From Candidatus Poribacteria bacterium (lineage in GTDB: Bacteria > Poribacteria > WGA-4E > PCPOR2b): a stretch of 64,000 nucleotides of DNA. A model generated the notes under the pieces. The model did no database searches. It worked only from the letters and a program-made list of their open reading frames with translations, and had not been told where the DNA came from. Position 1 is the first letter of the stretch, and the number at the start of each line of letters is the position of its first letter. Position numbers and translations under genes: made by a program. The stretch is taken from NCBI GenBank assembly GCA_965215015.1, contig OZ244042.1, positions 2,848,001-2,912,000 on the forward strand. Direction: 5' to 3'. This document shows positions 9,859-17,938 of this stretch, one piece after another.

Positions 9859-10014
9859 AGCGGGCGAATCCTTTCTCCAAAGCTCTTCACACAACAATAC
9901 CATCTCATCCGACGATTGAAACCCTTGTAGCGGTTGATTATACCTAATCCGATTTTTCGTTGCAAGTTTTTTTGGGAGCTGTTACGTACGAGAAAATGAA
10001 TTCATTAACATATC

Positions 10015-10491
10015 ATGAGTGATTGCTTACTTCGTATCAGTGAAGCGGTGACGGTCAACATCGAGAATATGACTGATAATGCGCTCAGCGTCCAGTCGAG
10101 TAAGACAGACCAGACAGGTGAAGGCGTGGTGCTGTATATCGGAGATCGGACAAGGGAGATGATAAGGCTCTACCGTGATAAGGCGGGTATTACCACTGGG
10201 GCATTATTCCGTCGTATTGTTCGGGGCGATCATATCCAATCCACGAGGTTCACGGTTAATGGGGCGCGCAACGCTATCAAACAATGGGCTTCCGTCGCTG
10301 GTATCGAAGGCTTTATCTCTGGGCACTCGCTTCGTGTCGGCTCTGCTGTCTCGCTTGCTCAGGCGGGGGCGTCTGTTGTTGAGATGCAAGAAGTGGGTCG
10401 GTGGAAAAGCCCACAGATGCCGGCGCACTATGCACGGGTCAAAGAAGCGGAAAAGGGGGCTGTGGCTCGGTATCGGTATAAAAAGGGGTAG
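10015..10491 (+). pseudogene. N-terminally truncated Cre-like tyrosine recombinase (copy A)
   Basis: LLRISE (catalytic Arg), SKTD (Lys), GHSLRVG (HxxR), GRWKS and HYAR (Tyr). The core-binding domain is missing. Confidence 0.85.
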
Positions 10492-10579
10492 ATGGGTATA
10501 TTAAGGAAAAAAAACGCCGTACAGGTGCTTGCATCCCGACTTGTCGGGGGCAAATTAGGGGCTTATTGCGTCTTTTTTG

Positions 10580-10608
10580 TTGACACCGTCTTCAAAATCG
10601 TTTATAAT
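10580..10608 (+). promoter_or_regulatory. Perfect consensus sigma70 promoter
   Basis: TTGACA (10580-85), 17-nt spacer, TATAAT (10603-08). Confidence 0.85.
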
Positions 10609-10613
10609 GGTAT

Positions 10614-10862
10614 ATGATTGGTAGGTTTTTGTCGGCTGCTGTCAGGCTAACAAACCCTGTCAATCGTTTCGTTTATGGGAGCCCCAAGCCTGATACTCGG
10701 AGCTCCCGAAACGATACGAGAGTCAGCCTCGAATCGCTCTTGATTGATTAGGCGTTGGTTCACCTAACAATCGCCAATAGTATAACCCTTTAAGCCATCC
10801 GTTTCTACCTAAAACAAAGGGCTGCGCGATTCGGGATTATCCCCATCTGTAGCCCTTTTTCT
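10614..10862 (+). ncRNA. Putative structured ncRNA or attenuator leader
   Basis: Begins at the expected TSS of the consensus promoter. Successive imperfect hairpins at about 10616-10670, 10666-10718 and 10742-10772, then a GC-stem/U-tract terminator. Confidence 0.55.
10816..10862 (+). terminator. Intrinsic terminator closing the leader RNA
   Basis: aaagggctgc...gtagcccttt stem with an inner ggga/tccc hairpin, followed by a T-tract. Confidence 0.65.
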
Positions 10863-10903
10863 GTTTGCAGAGAGAAACGATGATAACGCGGAAGGAGGTA
10901 AGG

Positions 10904-11332
10904 ATGAATATCCGAAGGTTTAGGATAGCAGTGGCTTCGGTTGTTATTCTCTTACTCATTGGAATTGGTGCGTATGTTGCCTACGATATGAATACGCCTG
11001 TCCAACAGGTAAGAGTTTATGAAGTGCCGGAGCCAGGCCCTCGTGCTGTCCTTGTGGCGGATGTTGCGCGGGGTGCCCCCGTGACAGCTTTATCGAATCA
11101 AGAACCTCAGATGTTAGATGACGACGCTAGTCCCTTGCTCATTGAAGAGTGTTGCCCTGATGATTTGTCGGAGCTTGTTGCACTCGATGACGGAAGAGTG
11201 CCTGACTCTAACCCCGTATCGCCTGAAGTTATAGAAGATGCAAGGCGGCTTAGGGAGTGGCAAGAGGCTTACGCTTTGTATAATGAGAAAATGGAGGCAC
11301 ATCACGCTGAACGCTCCGAGTTGTTAATGTGA
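10904..11332 (+). CDS. Hypothetical signal-anchored exported protein (possibly truncated)
   Basis: Strong AAGGAGGT RBS; basic N-terminus, TM helix, then an acidic region with a CC pair. Confidence 0.7.
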   Translation: MNIRRFRIAVASVVILLLIGIGAYVAYDMNTPVQQVRVYEVPEPGPRAVLVADVARGAPVTALSNQEPQMLDDDASPLLIEECCPDDLSELVALDDGRVPDSNPVSPEVIEDARRLREWQEAYALYNEKMEAHHAERSELLM

Positions 11333-11619
11333 CTGGAAAAACGCGTCCAATGACTAATCAAGAAAAAGTAAATATTGCTGCTTTTGCGGCAGCTGTCGTT
11401 TGGGCAAAACAGGTTGAAAATAATGCACGGAAAAAAGTAAACAGTAAGCAAAGAGACCTCGATAGATGTATCGAGCGAAACACCCGAAACTGTGGTAATG
11501 GATCGCGGTGTGAGATTGCTCATACTCGCAATGTAACTTCTTGTGATTGTGCGGGTAATACATGGAATTACGGTTCCTGCCCCTGCGGTCCTAGTTCTTC
11601 GTCACAAAACAACAACTGA
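11329..11619 (+). CDS. Small protein with a 7-Cys C-terminal domain (may be the 3' part of a longer gene)
   Basis: GTGA overlap with the preceding ORF; C-terminus RCIERNTRNCGNGSRCEIAHTRNVTSCDCAGNTWNYGSCPCG. Confidence 0.55.
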   Translation: MTGKTRPMTNQEKVNIAAFAAAVVWAKQVENNARKKVNSKQRDLDRCIERNTRNCGNGSRCEIAHTRNVTSCDCAGNTWNYGSCPCGPSSSSQNNN

Positions 11620-11630
11620 AAGGAAGAGCT

Positions 11631-11894
11631 TTGGATATTGTTATCGTCGCATTGATAATCTGCGGCTTACTCAGCGGCTGTCTCTGGTTTACTCAGATTC
11701 GCCGCCACCTTAAAGGGCCCATACAATTAGCATTGACCTTTTTTTTAGGCTTAATGTTCGGCGGATTTCTAAAGGGGTCGAATAAATTGGAGATAGTTAT
11801 TTTTAGCACTCTAGTTGTTGTTTGCTTTTTAATTGTTTATCTTAATTTGATAGGTAGAGTTGTTAGGCTATTACGGCGTTTAGTCCGTGCGTAG
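11631..11894 (+). CDS. Small 3-TM membrane protein with a basic tail
   Basis: AAGGAAG RBS, TTG start, three hydrophobic segments, followed by a terminator. Confidence 0.65.
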   Translation: MDIVIVALIICGLLSGCLWFTQIRRHLKGPIQLALTFFLGLMFGGFLKGSNKLEIVIFSTLVVVCFLIVYLNLIGRVVRLLRRLVRA

Positions 11895-11922
11895 CACTTT
11901 TAGATTAGCAAACGCAATTCAG

Positions 11923-11964
11923 AAAGGGGGTATCTTCGGAAGTCCGAGGATACCCCCTTTTTTT
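11923..11964. terminator. Intrinsic terminator between convergent genes
   Basis: aaagggggtatcttcgga-ag-tccgaggatacccccttt followed by a T-tract. Confidence 0.85.
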
Positions 11965-12313
11965 ATGCCTCGTGAGTTCTTAGCTTCGTCAATAGTTTCC
12001 CGATGCGTTCCGTCAACGATGGGCGGGGCGGGGGTAATTGTGCTAACAGTTGGCTGTTCTGGCGGGTCTGTATGGCGAGGAGCTGGGTCAAGCGTTCATT
12101 CTGCTGGGAGAGCTGTTTAATCTGAGTGTCTTTCTCTGAAAGGATCTGTTGTATGTTGTCGTGTATGTTGTCGTTGTTGTTGTCGTTTGTGTCGTATGGG
12201 TCTATCTCATATTGATGTCCGACACGGCGGGCTTTGAGTTTACCCAGATGGATATAATGCCTGACTGTCTCTAGATTGATGCCATGTTTTCGTGCATAGG
12301 ATTCAACGGTCAT
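11963..12313 (-). CDS. Excisionase/MerR-type HTH protein with a C-terminal coiled coil
   Basis: MTVESYARKHGINLETVRHYIHLGKLKARRVG HTH, an Asn/Asp linker, then heptads EKDTQIKQLSQQNERLTQLL. Confidence 0.75.
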   Translation of the reverse strand: MTVESYARKHGINLETVRHYIHLGKLKARRVGHQYEIDPYDTNDNNNDNIHDNIQQILSEKDTQIKQLSQQNERLTQLLAIQTRQNSQLLAQLPPPRPSLTERIGKLLTKLRTHEA

Positions 12314-12416
12314 AGGACCGTCCCTGCCTCTCTTGTTACCCCCCATAGTTAGATGAGGAGTGCTCATAAGTATTGTCTGAATTGCGGCTTTAGCGGAGGA
12401 CACGGATAGGGACAAA

Positions 12417-12439
12417 CGCGCAATGAATTGCGCTACTAC
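12417..12439 (-). repeat. GTAG-type REP palindrome
   Basis: Minus strand reads GTAGTAGCGCAATTCATTGCGCG. Confidence 0.6.
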
Positions 12440-12594
12440 GAACAGGGTGATTTATGTGAGGAGTGCTCAAGTCAGATTACGCGTGGACGCCTGACCGACG
12501 GGTATGAAGATCAGTGGGGCGGTGGGGCAAGTTCGAGTTGAGAGTTTAATAGCAGTTGCGTGTTAGCCAAGCCATAGGCCATAACGGTTGTGGG

Positions 12595-12812
12595 GTTTGC
12601 GGCACACGGAATGTGCCTACTAATTTATGGGCACCCGTCAGTTAGATAGAGATCGCAACGCGGCAATCAATATCCATCGGGTGGGGCAGCTACCCTCTCA
12701 GGAGAGGTCGTCGCTCTCCGATAGAATCGGAGCTCACTTTGTTGATAGAGCAATTCAACATCTTAAAGGACGGATAAGAATCCCCACCCTTTAGGGTGTG
12801 GGAGTATGTCAA
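12595..12812 (+). mobile_element. IS200/IS605 remnant: tnpB 3' stub, omega-RNA region and right end
   Basis: CGVCG and LDRDRNAAINIHRVG (TnpB C-terminal signature), then aagaatccccaccctttagggtgtgggagtatgtcaa. Confidence 0.8.
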
Positions 12813-12920
12813 ATACAGCTTGATATCCTCTCGCTGTTCTAAGAGACTGTAGGATTTACACAGTTGAAGGCTCAAAGCCTTGTCGTTCGGCGATTTATCA
12901 CCCTTGGACGCTGTTGCCAA

Positions 12921-12943
12921 CGCCCGATGAATCGGGCAACTAC
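12921..12943 (-). repeat. GTAG-type REP palindrome
   Basis: Minus strand reads GTAGTTGCCCGATTCATCGGGCG. Confidence 0.6.
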
Positions 12944-13144
12944 AGCGGTGGGGACAGGCACCATCTAAATGGAAGCAATGTACACCATTCCGTAGGAGAG
13001 TTTATTGGGGTCATGTTGATGCCTTTCATTGGTTCAGTATGGACCTCTCCAATGACTAAACGTAAACATTAATCCTTGGGGAGTCTTTTTAAAACAGGTT
13101 CTTAGCGTTTTGCATTTTCTTTTGATATGGGTGAATCTGGTATA

Positions 13145-13545
13145 TCACCGCAGTTTGTCGGCGTATCTAGGTGCCTTCAGTTGCATCTCCGGACGGTGTA
13201 GGTTATAAAGATCGATGGGTTCATAGGGATGTTCCAGCGCAGCGTCTTCGTTGAATTTGACGCCCAATCCCGGACGGTTTGGGATCTCGAGCCAGCCATC
13301 CTTGACGACCATCGGATTTATGCAAACGTCGAAGCGCCACGGTTCAGGCGGAAAGTGCTCCAATGTCAGGAAGTTGGGGACGCACGCGGCGAGTTGAACG
13401 GCAGCAGCGTAGGACACCTCCCCGTTAGGATTGTGCGGAGCGAATGCCGCATAGTGTGAATCTGCGATGGCGGCTATCTTCCGCGCCTCGAGCACTCCGC
13501 CGCAGTGCGACATATCCGGCTGAACAATGTCTGCACCGCAGCACA
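13145..13545 (-). pseudogene. 3' half of a galactonate dehydratase-like (mandelate racemase family) gene
   Basis: ADIVQPDMSHCGGVLEARKIAAIAD...APHNPNG...PNRPGLGV. The N-terminal half is replaced by the phage-like operon. Confidence 0.8.
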
Positions 13546-13570
13546 ACCTTGATTTTGAAAGGAAAACAGC

Positions 13571-13915
13571 ATGATTACGCAACATCAGATTAAGCAAGCC
13601 GCCGCTGCATTCGTGAAAGAAAGCAGTGTGGACGCGCTTGCAGACATTCTCATGATGACGCCCCGATCGGTCAGGCGCTTCGTGAAATCAGACGCATTCC
13701 AAGCCGAACTGGATGCGCTCAATTATGATGGTCCGAGAGATTTCACAGGCCGCAAGCGGGGACGCGCTCGGAAATACCATCATGCCCGCGATTTGTGGGA
13801 AAGCATAAGAGCATCCACGCCACGCCACAAGCAGAGCCAGATTATCAGTCAAGTCATCGGCGTGCATGTCGTCACTGCCAGAGCATGGCTGAAAGAGTGG
13901 AGGGACAACGCATGA
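13571..13915 (+). CDS. Hypothetical protein with two HTH-like motifs
   Basis: GAAAGGA RBS; LADILMMTPRSVRRF and ISQVIGVHVVTARAWLKEW. First gene of the coupled operon. Confidence 0.7.
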   Translation: MITQHQIKQAAAAFVKESSVDALADILMMTPRSVRRFVKSDAFQAELDALNYDGPRDFTGRKRGRARKYHHARDLWESIRASTPRHKQSQIISQVIGVHVVTARAWLKEWRDNA

Positions 13916-14478
13916 GAAACGCCAAGCACATCACGCATGAGATCGCGTATCAGCAGATCCTCGCGGACGGCTGTCTACGACCGAAAGGCCGTGGATTTGG
14001 CAACGACTGGATAGCGGGTGATGATCGATACATCTTCCTTGCCGTGGGCAGCAAGTATAAATCGATTATGCCCGATGATCGGTATTCATTTGAGTTTGAT
14101 GCTCACACGCTGGTTGCACAAGGTGCCACGGTGGGTATTGCTCTCGGCGTGCACTACGATTTTATCATGCACGTTGCAGCCGCTGCCGTTTATGCAATGT
14201 TATTCCTAGAACGCATGTTTGGCATGGCTGAGGGGGTAATCGAAACCAACTACCACGATTTGCTATACGCTGCAACCGATCCCACAGATCAATCAGAAGC
14301 TGTCGAGCAAGTCCGGGAAATATTCCGATCGGATGTGAAGATGCTGCATCAAGCATATCGCACGCGCGGGCCGCGTGCGCTTGAGGTCTTGGAACACGGC
14401 GATGAGGATGTCGAAATCCTTGTCGATTGGAATCTCAGCCTTGACTTGTGCATAAAGCACGGAAAGGAGTCAAAATGA
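13912..14478 (+). CDS. Hypothetical protein, candidate ADP-ribosyltransferase fold (DarT-like)
   Basis: ATGA overlap; motif order HIT...ILADGCL...YIFL...EILV. Confidence 0.6.
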   Translation: MRNAKHITHEIAYQQILADGCLRPKGRGFGNDWIAGDDRYIFLAVGSKYKSIMPDDRYSFEFDAHTLVAQGATVGIALGVHYDFIMHVAAAAVYAMLFLERMFGMAEGVIETNYHDLLYAATDPTDQSEAVEQVREIFRSDVKMLHQAYRTRGPRALEVLEHGDEDVEILVDWNLSLDLCIKHGKESK

Positions 14479-15578
14479 ACAGACTCGACAGAGTTAGACA
14501 AATGCGCTCTCGCGCCCTGAGAGACGATGAAGCACGATCCGAGCTCAGGCAGAACAAGATGATTATCTGGGAGCATCTCAACTACCCAGTGACGCTTGAG
14601 ATAAAGCGTGCAAATTCAGGATGGGAAACCGCCTTTGTCGCTGAAAACCCTGCAGATATCGAGTTTCGGCATTCTGCTTATGCGTTTCCAAGCGACTTTG
14701 AGATGTCGAGATTGATCGAAGCAAACGGCATGATCTACGAGCAAACGAAGGCAGATCTTGACGATTTCAACAGCGTTCATCTGTCAAAAGCACAAAACGA
14801 TCTTGAGCCGCTCAACGCTTTCATCAAAGCAGCACCCGAGCGAGCCGCGGATATTGCTGACGAGCTGATCACCGCTGGCTTACGATCTCAGCATTTTGCG
14901 ATCCGCCCTCGCAGCGAGGTTTTGCTGAGTCATCCGAATCTGCATCACATCGCTTTGCATGAGTTTGATGATTGCGTCGTCTGTCGCATTCACACATCTA
15001 ATGCACCACCAGACGACACCGAGCCCGTAGTGACGATCTGGAAGCCAGCGATCGGATCGGTAATCAACTCACAGCCTCTCAATGCCCGATTTTCGTTTGC
15101 ACCCGTCGAAATCGACAGCGGCATCCAAGCGTTCTTGATTCTCTTGTGCGCTTCGATTGTCCGTGACTTTTGGGTGCTCGAGCAACGAGCACGGCAACAG
15201 GTGTATCAGAAACGCACCGACAAGCGCAGAGAACGCAAAGGCAAGGGTAAAGCACGGAAGATGGTGATCACGAAGGATTATACCTTCATTCCACGCTTTT
15301 CTTACAATCTGAGTGTATATCAGAATACCAAGAAGGTGCAGCATCAAGCCCGTGTGACCCTCAGCCCACATTTGGTATCTGGTCACATCCGTCGATTACC
15401 TGAAGGACATCAGGCAAGCGATGAAGCCACCCAGAACGCCCAAGAGTTTGGTATCCGTTTCAACGATGGCAAAACCTTCGTGAAGCCGCATGAGCGAGGA
15501 GAAATCGAACAACTCCGCAACTATCGGAGTCGCTCAGCGATGTTGCTTCTATTCGGCGATGGAAAGGAGAATCATTAA
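14475..15578 (+). CDS. Phage-type hypothetical protein with a C-terminal HxVxGHxR...VKPHxRG motif
   Basis: AAGGAG RBS and ATGA overlap; basic stretch KRRERKGKGKARK; SPHLVSGHIRRL and TFVKPHERG. Confidence 0.75.
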   Translation: MNRLDRVRQMRSRALRDDEARSELRQNKMIIWEHLNYPVTLEIKRANSGWETAFVAENPADIEFRHSAYAFPSDFEMSRLIEANGMIYEQTKADLDDFNSVHLSKAQNDLEPLNAFIKAAPERAADIADELITAGLRSQHFAIRPRSEVLLSHPNLHHIALHEFDDCVVCRIHTSNAPPDDTEPVVTIWKPAIGSVINSQPLNARFSFAPVEIDSGIQAFLILLCASIVRDFWVLEQRARQQVYQKRTDKRRERKGKGKARKMVITKDYTFIPRFSYNLSVYQNTKKVQHQARVTLSPHLVSGHIRRLPEGHQASDEATQNAQEFGIRFNDGKTFVKPHERGEIEQLRNYRSRSAMLLLFGDGKENH

Positions 15579-16091
15579 ATGTTGAGCGGCAAGAAATTTG
15601 ATAGAGATGAAAGCGAAGGTGGCATCAGCATCATAGAGGGGCTTTTCGTCGCGATAGCATTCTGCGGACTTTACGCGATTATCGTTTATGTGGTCGGCCC
15701 ACTACTTGGGTTTATCGATGCGGTCTGGGATTTTATCGTTGATGATATGGATGATATGCCTGAAAGGTATGCAGGACCCGTTTTCATGGGTTTTCCAGTT
15801 TTTATTAGTCTTTTTAGTGGTGTTTTGGGGGCTGTTTGTTTAATCATCCATGATGAATTGTGCAATAGAGATTCAATCGCAGCTACCATCATAGGGTGGC
15901 TTTGCATCATTCTGACACTCGGCACACTACTTTGGATTATTGACCCATGGCTTGATATTGATCGGGGGGACCTAATGAATATTGTTTTTTTTGGTGTTTG
16001 GTTTTACTTCTGCGGATATTGCGACGGTAGAGAAAGCGAAAACAAACGCATCAAACAACAACTTGATGAAATTCTGAGGAGGAACGCATGA
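15579..16091 (+). CDS. Hypothetical 4-TM membrane protein
   Basis: TAAATG abutment with the upstream gene, AAGGAG RBS, four hydrophobic segments. Confidence 0.7.
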   Translation: MLSGKKFDRDESEGGISIIEGLFVAIAFCGLYAIIVYVVGPLLGFIDAVWDFIVDDMDDMPERYAGPVFMGFPVFISLFSGVLGAVCLIIHDELCNRDSIAATIIGWLCIILTLGTLLWIIDPWLDIDRGDLMNIVFFGVWFYFCGYCDGRESENKRIKQQLDEILRRNA

Positions 16092-16579
16092 GTTTCAAAA
16101 TGACTTCTAACCTTCTGGTTGATAACCAGAAGGTTGAAAGTCTTGTATTCAGCATAATCACCGTTATTCTCATCATAGCAGGTTGTAGCCACGAACATGA
16201 ACTACTGCCACACGAGCATGAGTTACTACCTCATGACCACGAGCATGAGCATAACCACGAGCATCCGTTTCTCCCTGCGGAGATTGTTCGCATTTCAAGT
16301 GGCGTCATTGAGAAGCTATACAAATCCTACCCGTATGAAGGGCAAGTGATTATAGAGTTTTCCCAAGTGCCACGCCATACGCAAGTCAGCGCATGGATGG
16401 ACACAGGTGGGTATGAAGGGTATGAAGTCCGATGGGAACAAAACCATCGAACCGTGACCATTTATTTCCACTCGAGGCATCAACACAAAGAAGTCGGTGG
16501 CTTTATCCAGTGGGAAAGTGGACGCAAACACTTTGACATTCGCATCGATAAACGCATCGATAAGCAGAAGGGGAAATAA
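16088..16579 (+). CDS. Putative lipoprotein with a His-rich N-terminal repeat
   Basis: Hydrophobic stretch ending in IAGC (lipobox-like), then SHEHELLPHEHELLPHDHEHEHNHEHP; ATGA overlap. Confidence 0.7.
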   Translation: MSFKMTSNLLVDNQKVESLVFSIITVILIIAGCSHEHELLPHEHELLPHDHEHEHNHEHPFLPAEIVRISSGVIEKLYKSYPYEGQVIIEFSQVPRHTQVSAWMDTGGYEGYEVRWEQNHRTVTIYFHSRHQHKEVGGFIQWESGRKHFDIRIDKRIDKQKGK

Positions 16580-16644
16580 GAGGATCTACCACATTTGATG
16601 TCCATATTCGCCCCTGGTGCGATTCTTTTGGTGAATATACCCAT

Positions 16645-17331
16645 CTACCCCTTTTTATACCGATACCGAGCCACAGCCCCTTTACTCGCTTCTTTTACCC
16701 GTGCATAATGAGCGGGCATCTGTGGAGATTTCCATCTGCCCGCTTGTTGCATCTCCACAACAGACGCCCCCGCTTGAGATAAAGACACCGCAGCCCCCAC
16801 ACGAAGCGAATGCCCCGAGATAAAGCCATCAATGCCAGCGACAGAAGCCCATTGTTTGATAGCGTAGCGAGCTCCATTGACTGTGAGCCTCGTGGATTGG
16901 ATATGATCACCCCGCACGATACGACGAAATAAAGTCCCTGTGGTTATGTTTGCTTCAGTGCAGTAGTGCCGTATCATCTGCCTTGTCCGATCCCCGATAT
17001 ACAACGCCACACCCTCACCTTGTTGATTCGTCTTACTCGACTGGACGATTAAGGCATTTTCTTGGCTATCCTCAAGGTTGACCGCCACCGCTTCACTGAT
17101 ACGAAGTAAGCAATCACTCATGAGACGGATAAGTGCAGAATCCCGATAGCCCTTGATGCTTTGTTCAGATTCAGCGAACCTGCACACGAAATCGACATCC
17201 GCCCATGACAGACCGTCGACTTGACCGTTGCCCCTGTTCTGAGTATCACGCTTGATAGTGAGCAGCCGCTTATCGGTGGTTGTCCACTTCTGTAGTGAAC
17301 GCATGATGTGCTTGAAATACCACTTGACCAA
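16645..17331 (-). pseudogene. N-terminally truncated Cre-like tyrosine recombinase (copy B, inverted relative to copy A)
   Basis: RDSALIRLMSDCLLRISE, GHSLRVG, GRWKS, HYAR. The last 158 aa are highly similar to copy A. No convincing start or RBS. Confidence 0.85.
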
Positions 17332-17332
17332 G

Positions 17333-17413
17333 GATCTATCACATTCATGTTTTTAACCGCTTGTTAGGGCAGGCTTGTTAGGGGCACCCTAACAAGTCCG
17401 AATGTGATAGATC
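17333..17413. repeat. 14-bp perfect inverted repeat enclosing a TGTTAG/CTAACA palindrome
   Basis: gatctatcacattc (17333-46) and gaatgtgatagatc (17400-13). Confidence 0.8.
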
Positions 17414-17444
17414 TTTGCCTGTGCGGTTCAGAACCAGAAGGTGC

Positions 17445-17552
17445 ATCAGGATTTTGAGGATTAGGGGTTCAAATGAACCTCCTAAATCCTCAAAATCATT
17501 TAATCCTGAGAATCCTGATTCAGACAAGCTTTCATCCTGATTATGATTCAGA
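17445..17552. repeat. AATCCT/AGGATT-unit palindromic intergenic repeat
   Basis: aatcctgagaatcctgattcagaca and aggattttgaggatt units; same family as 37778-38280 and 24690-24732. Confidence 0.75.
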
Positions 17553-17662
17553 AAAAGAACGCAATAGCAAGCGATTTCCACCACTGATTTTCATGCTATT
17601 TTTAGTTGGCGACAACACCGAAATGTAATATACTTATATAAAAAGAGACAGGAGGTGATTGC

Positions 17663-17938
17663 ATTGTTGAAGAAAAAAAGTGGGTAACGACTTCCATCGT
17701 GATTGAAGAAAATCAAATGGACAAAATCACGGAAGCCGCTGCACTCTTTGATGTACCGAAAATCAAAATCATTCGAGAGTGCTTTCGAGCCGAACTGCCA
17801 CGCACATTCAAGCGATATGGGCGAAACGACAAAACGCGTGGACAAAAGAAAGGAAACTCAACAAATGGACTTTGCAGGCTGGAGCCCAAGCCACCTGATA
17901 CTGGTGGTATTCGCCATCGTTGCGTTCATTGGGCATGA
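17663..17938 (+). CDS. Putative small ribbon-helix-helix protein (start uncertain)
   Basis: WVTTSIVIEENQMDKITEAAALFDVPKIKIIRECF has an RHH pattern. AGGAGGT RBS is present, but the TTG after it is out of frame across an A7 tract. Confidence 0.4.
   Translation: MVEEKKWVTTSIVIEENQMDKITEAAALFDVPKIKIIRECFRAELPRTFKRYGRNDKTRGQKKGNSTNGLCRLEPKPPDTGGIRHRCVHWA

Noticed and set aside
10015-17331. Classical integron
   Set aside because: The recombinases are Cre-like (GRW motif) and lack the IntI-specific insertion, and no regular attC sites separate the cargo genes.
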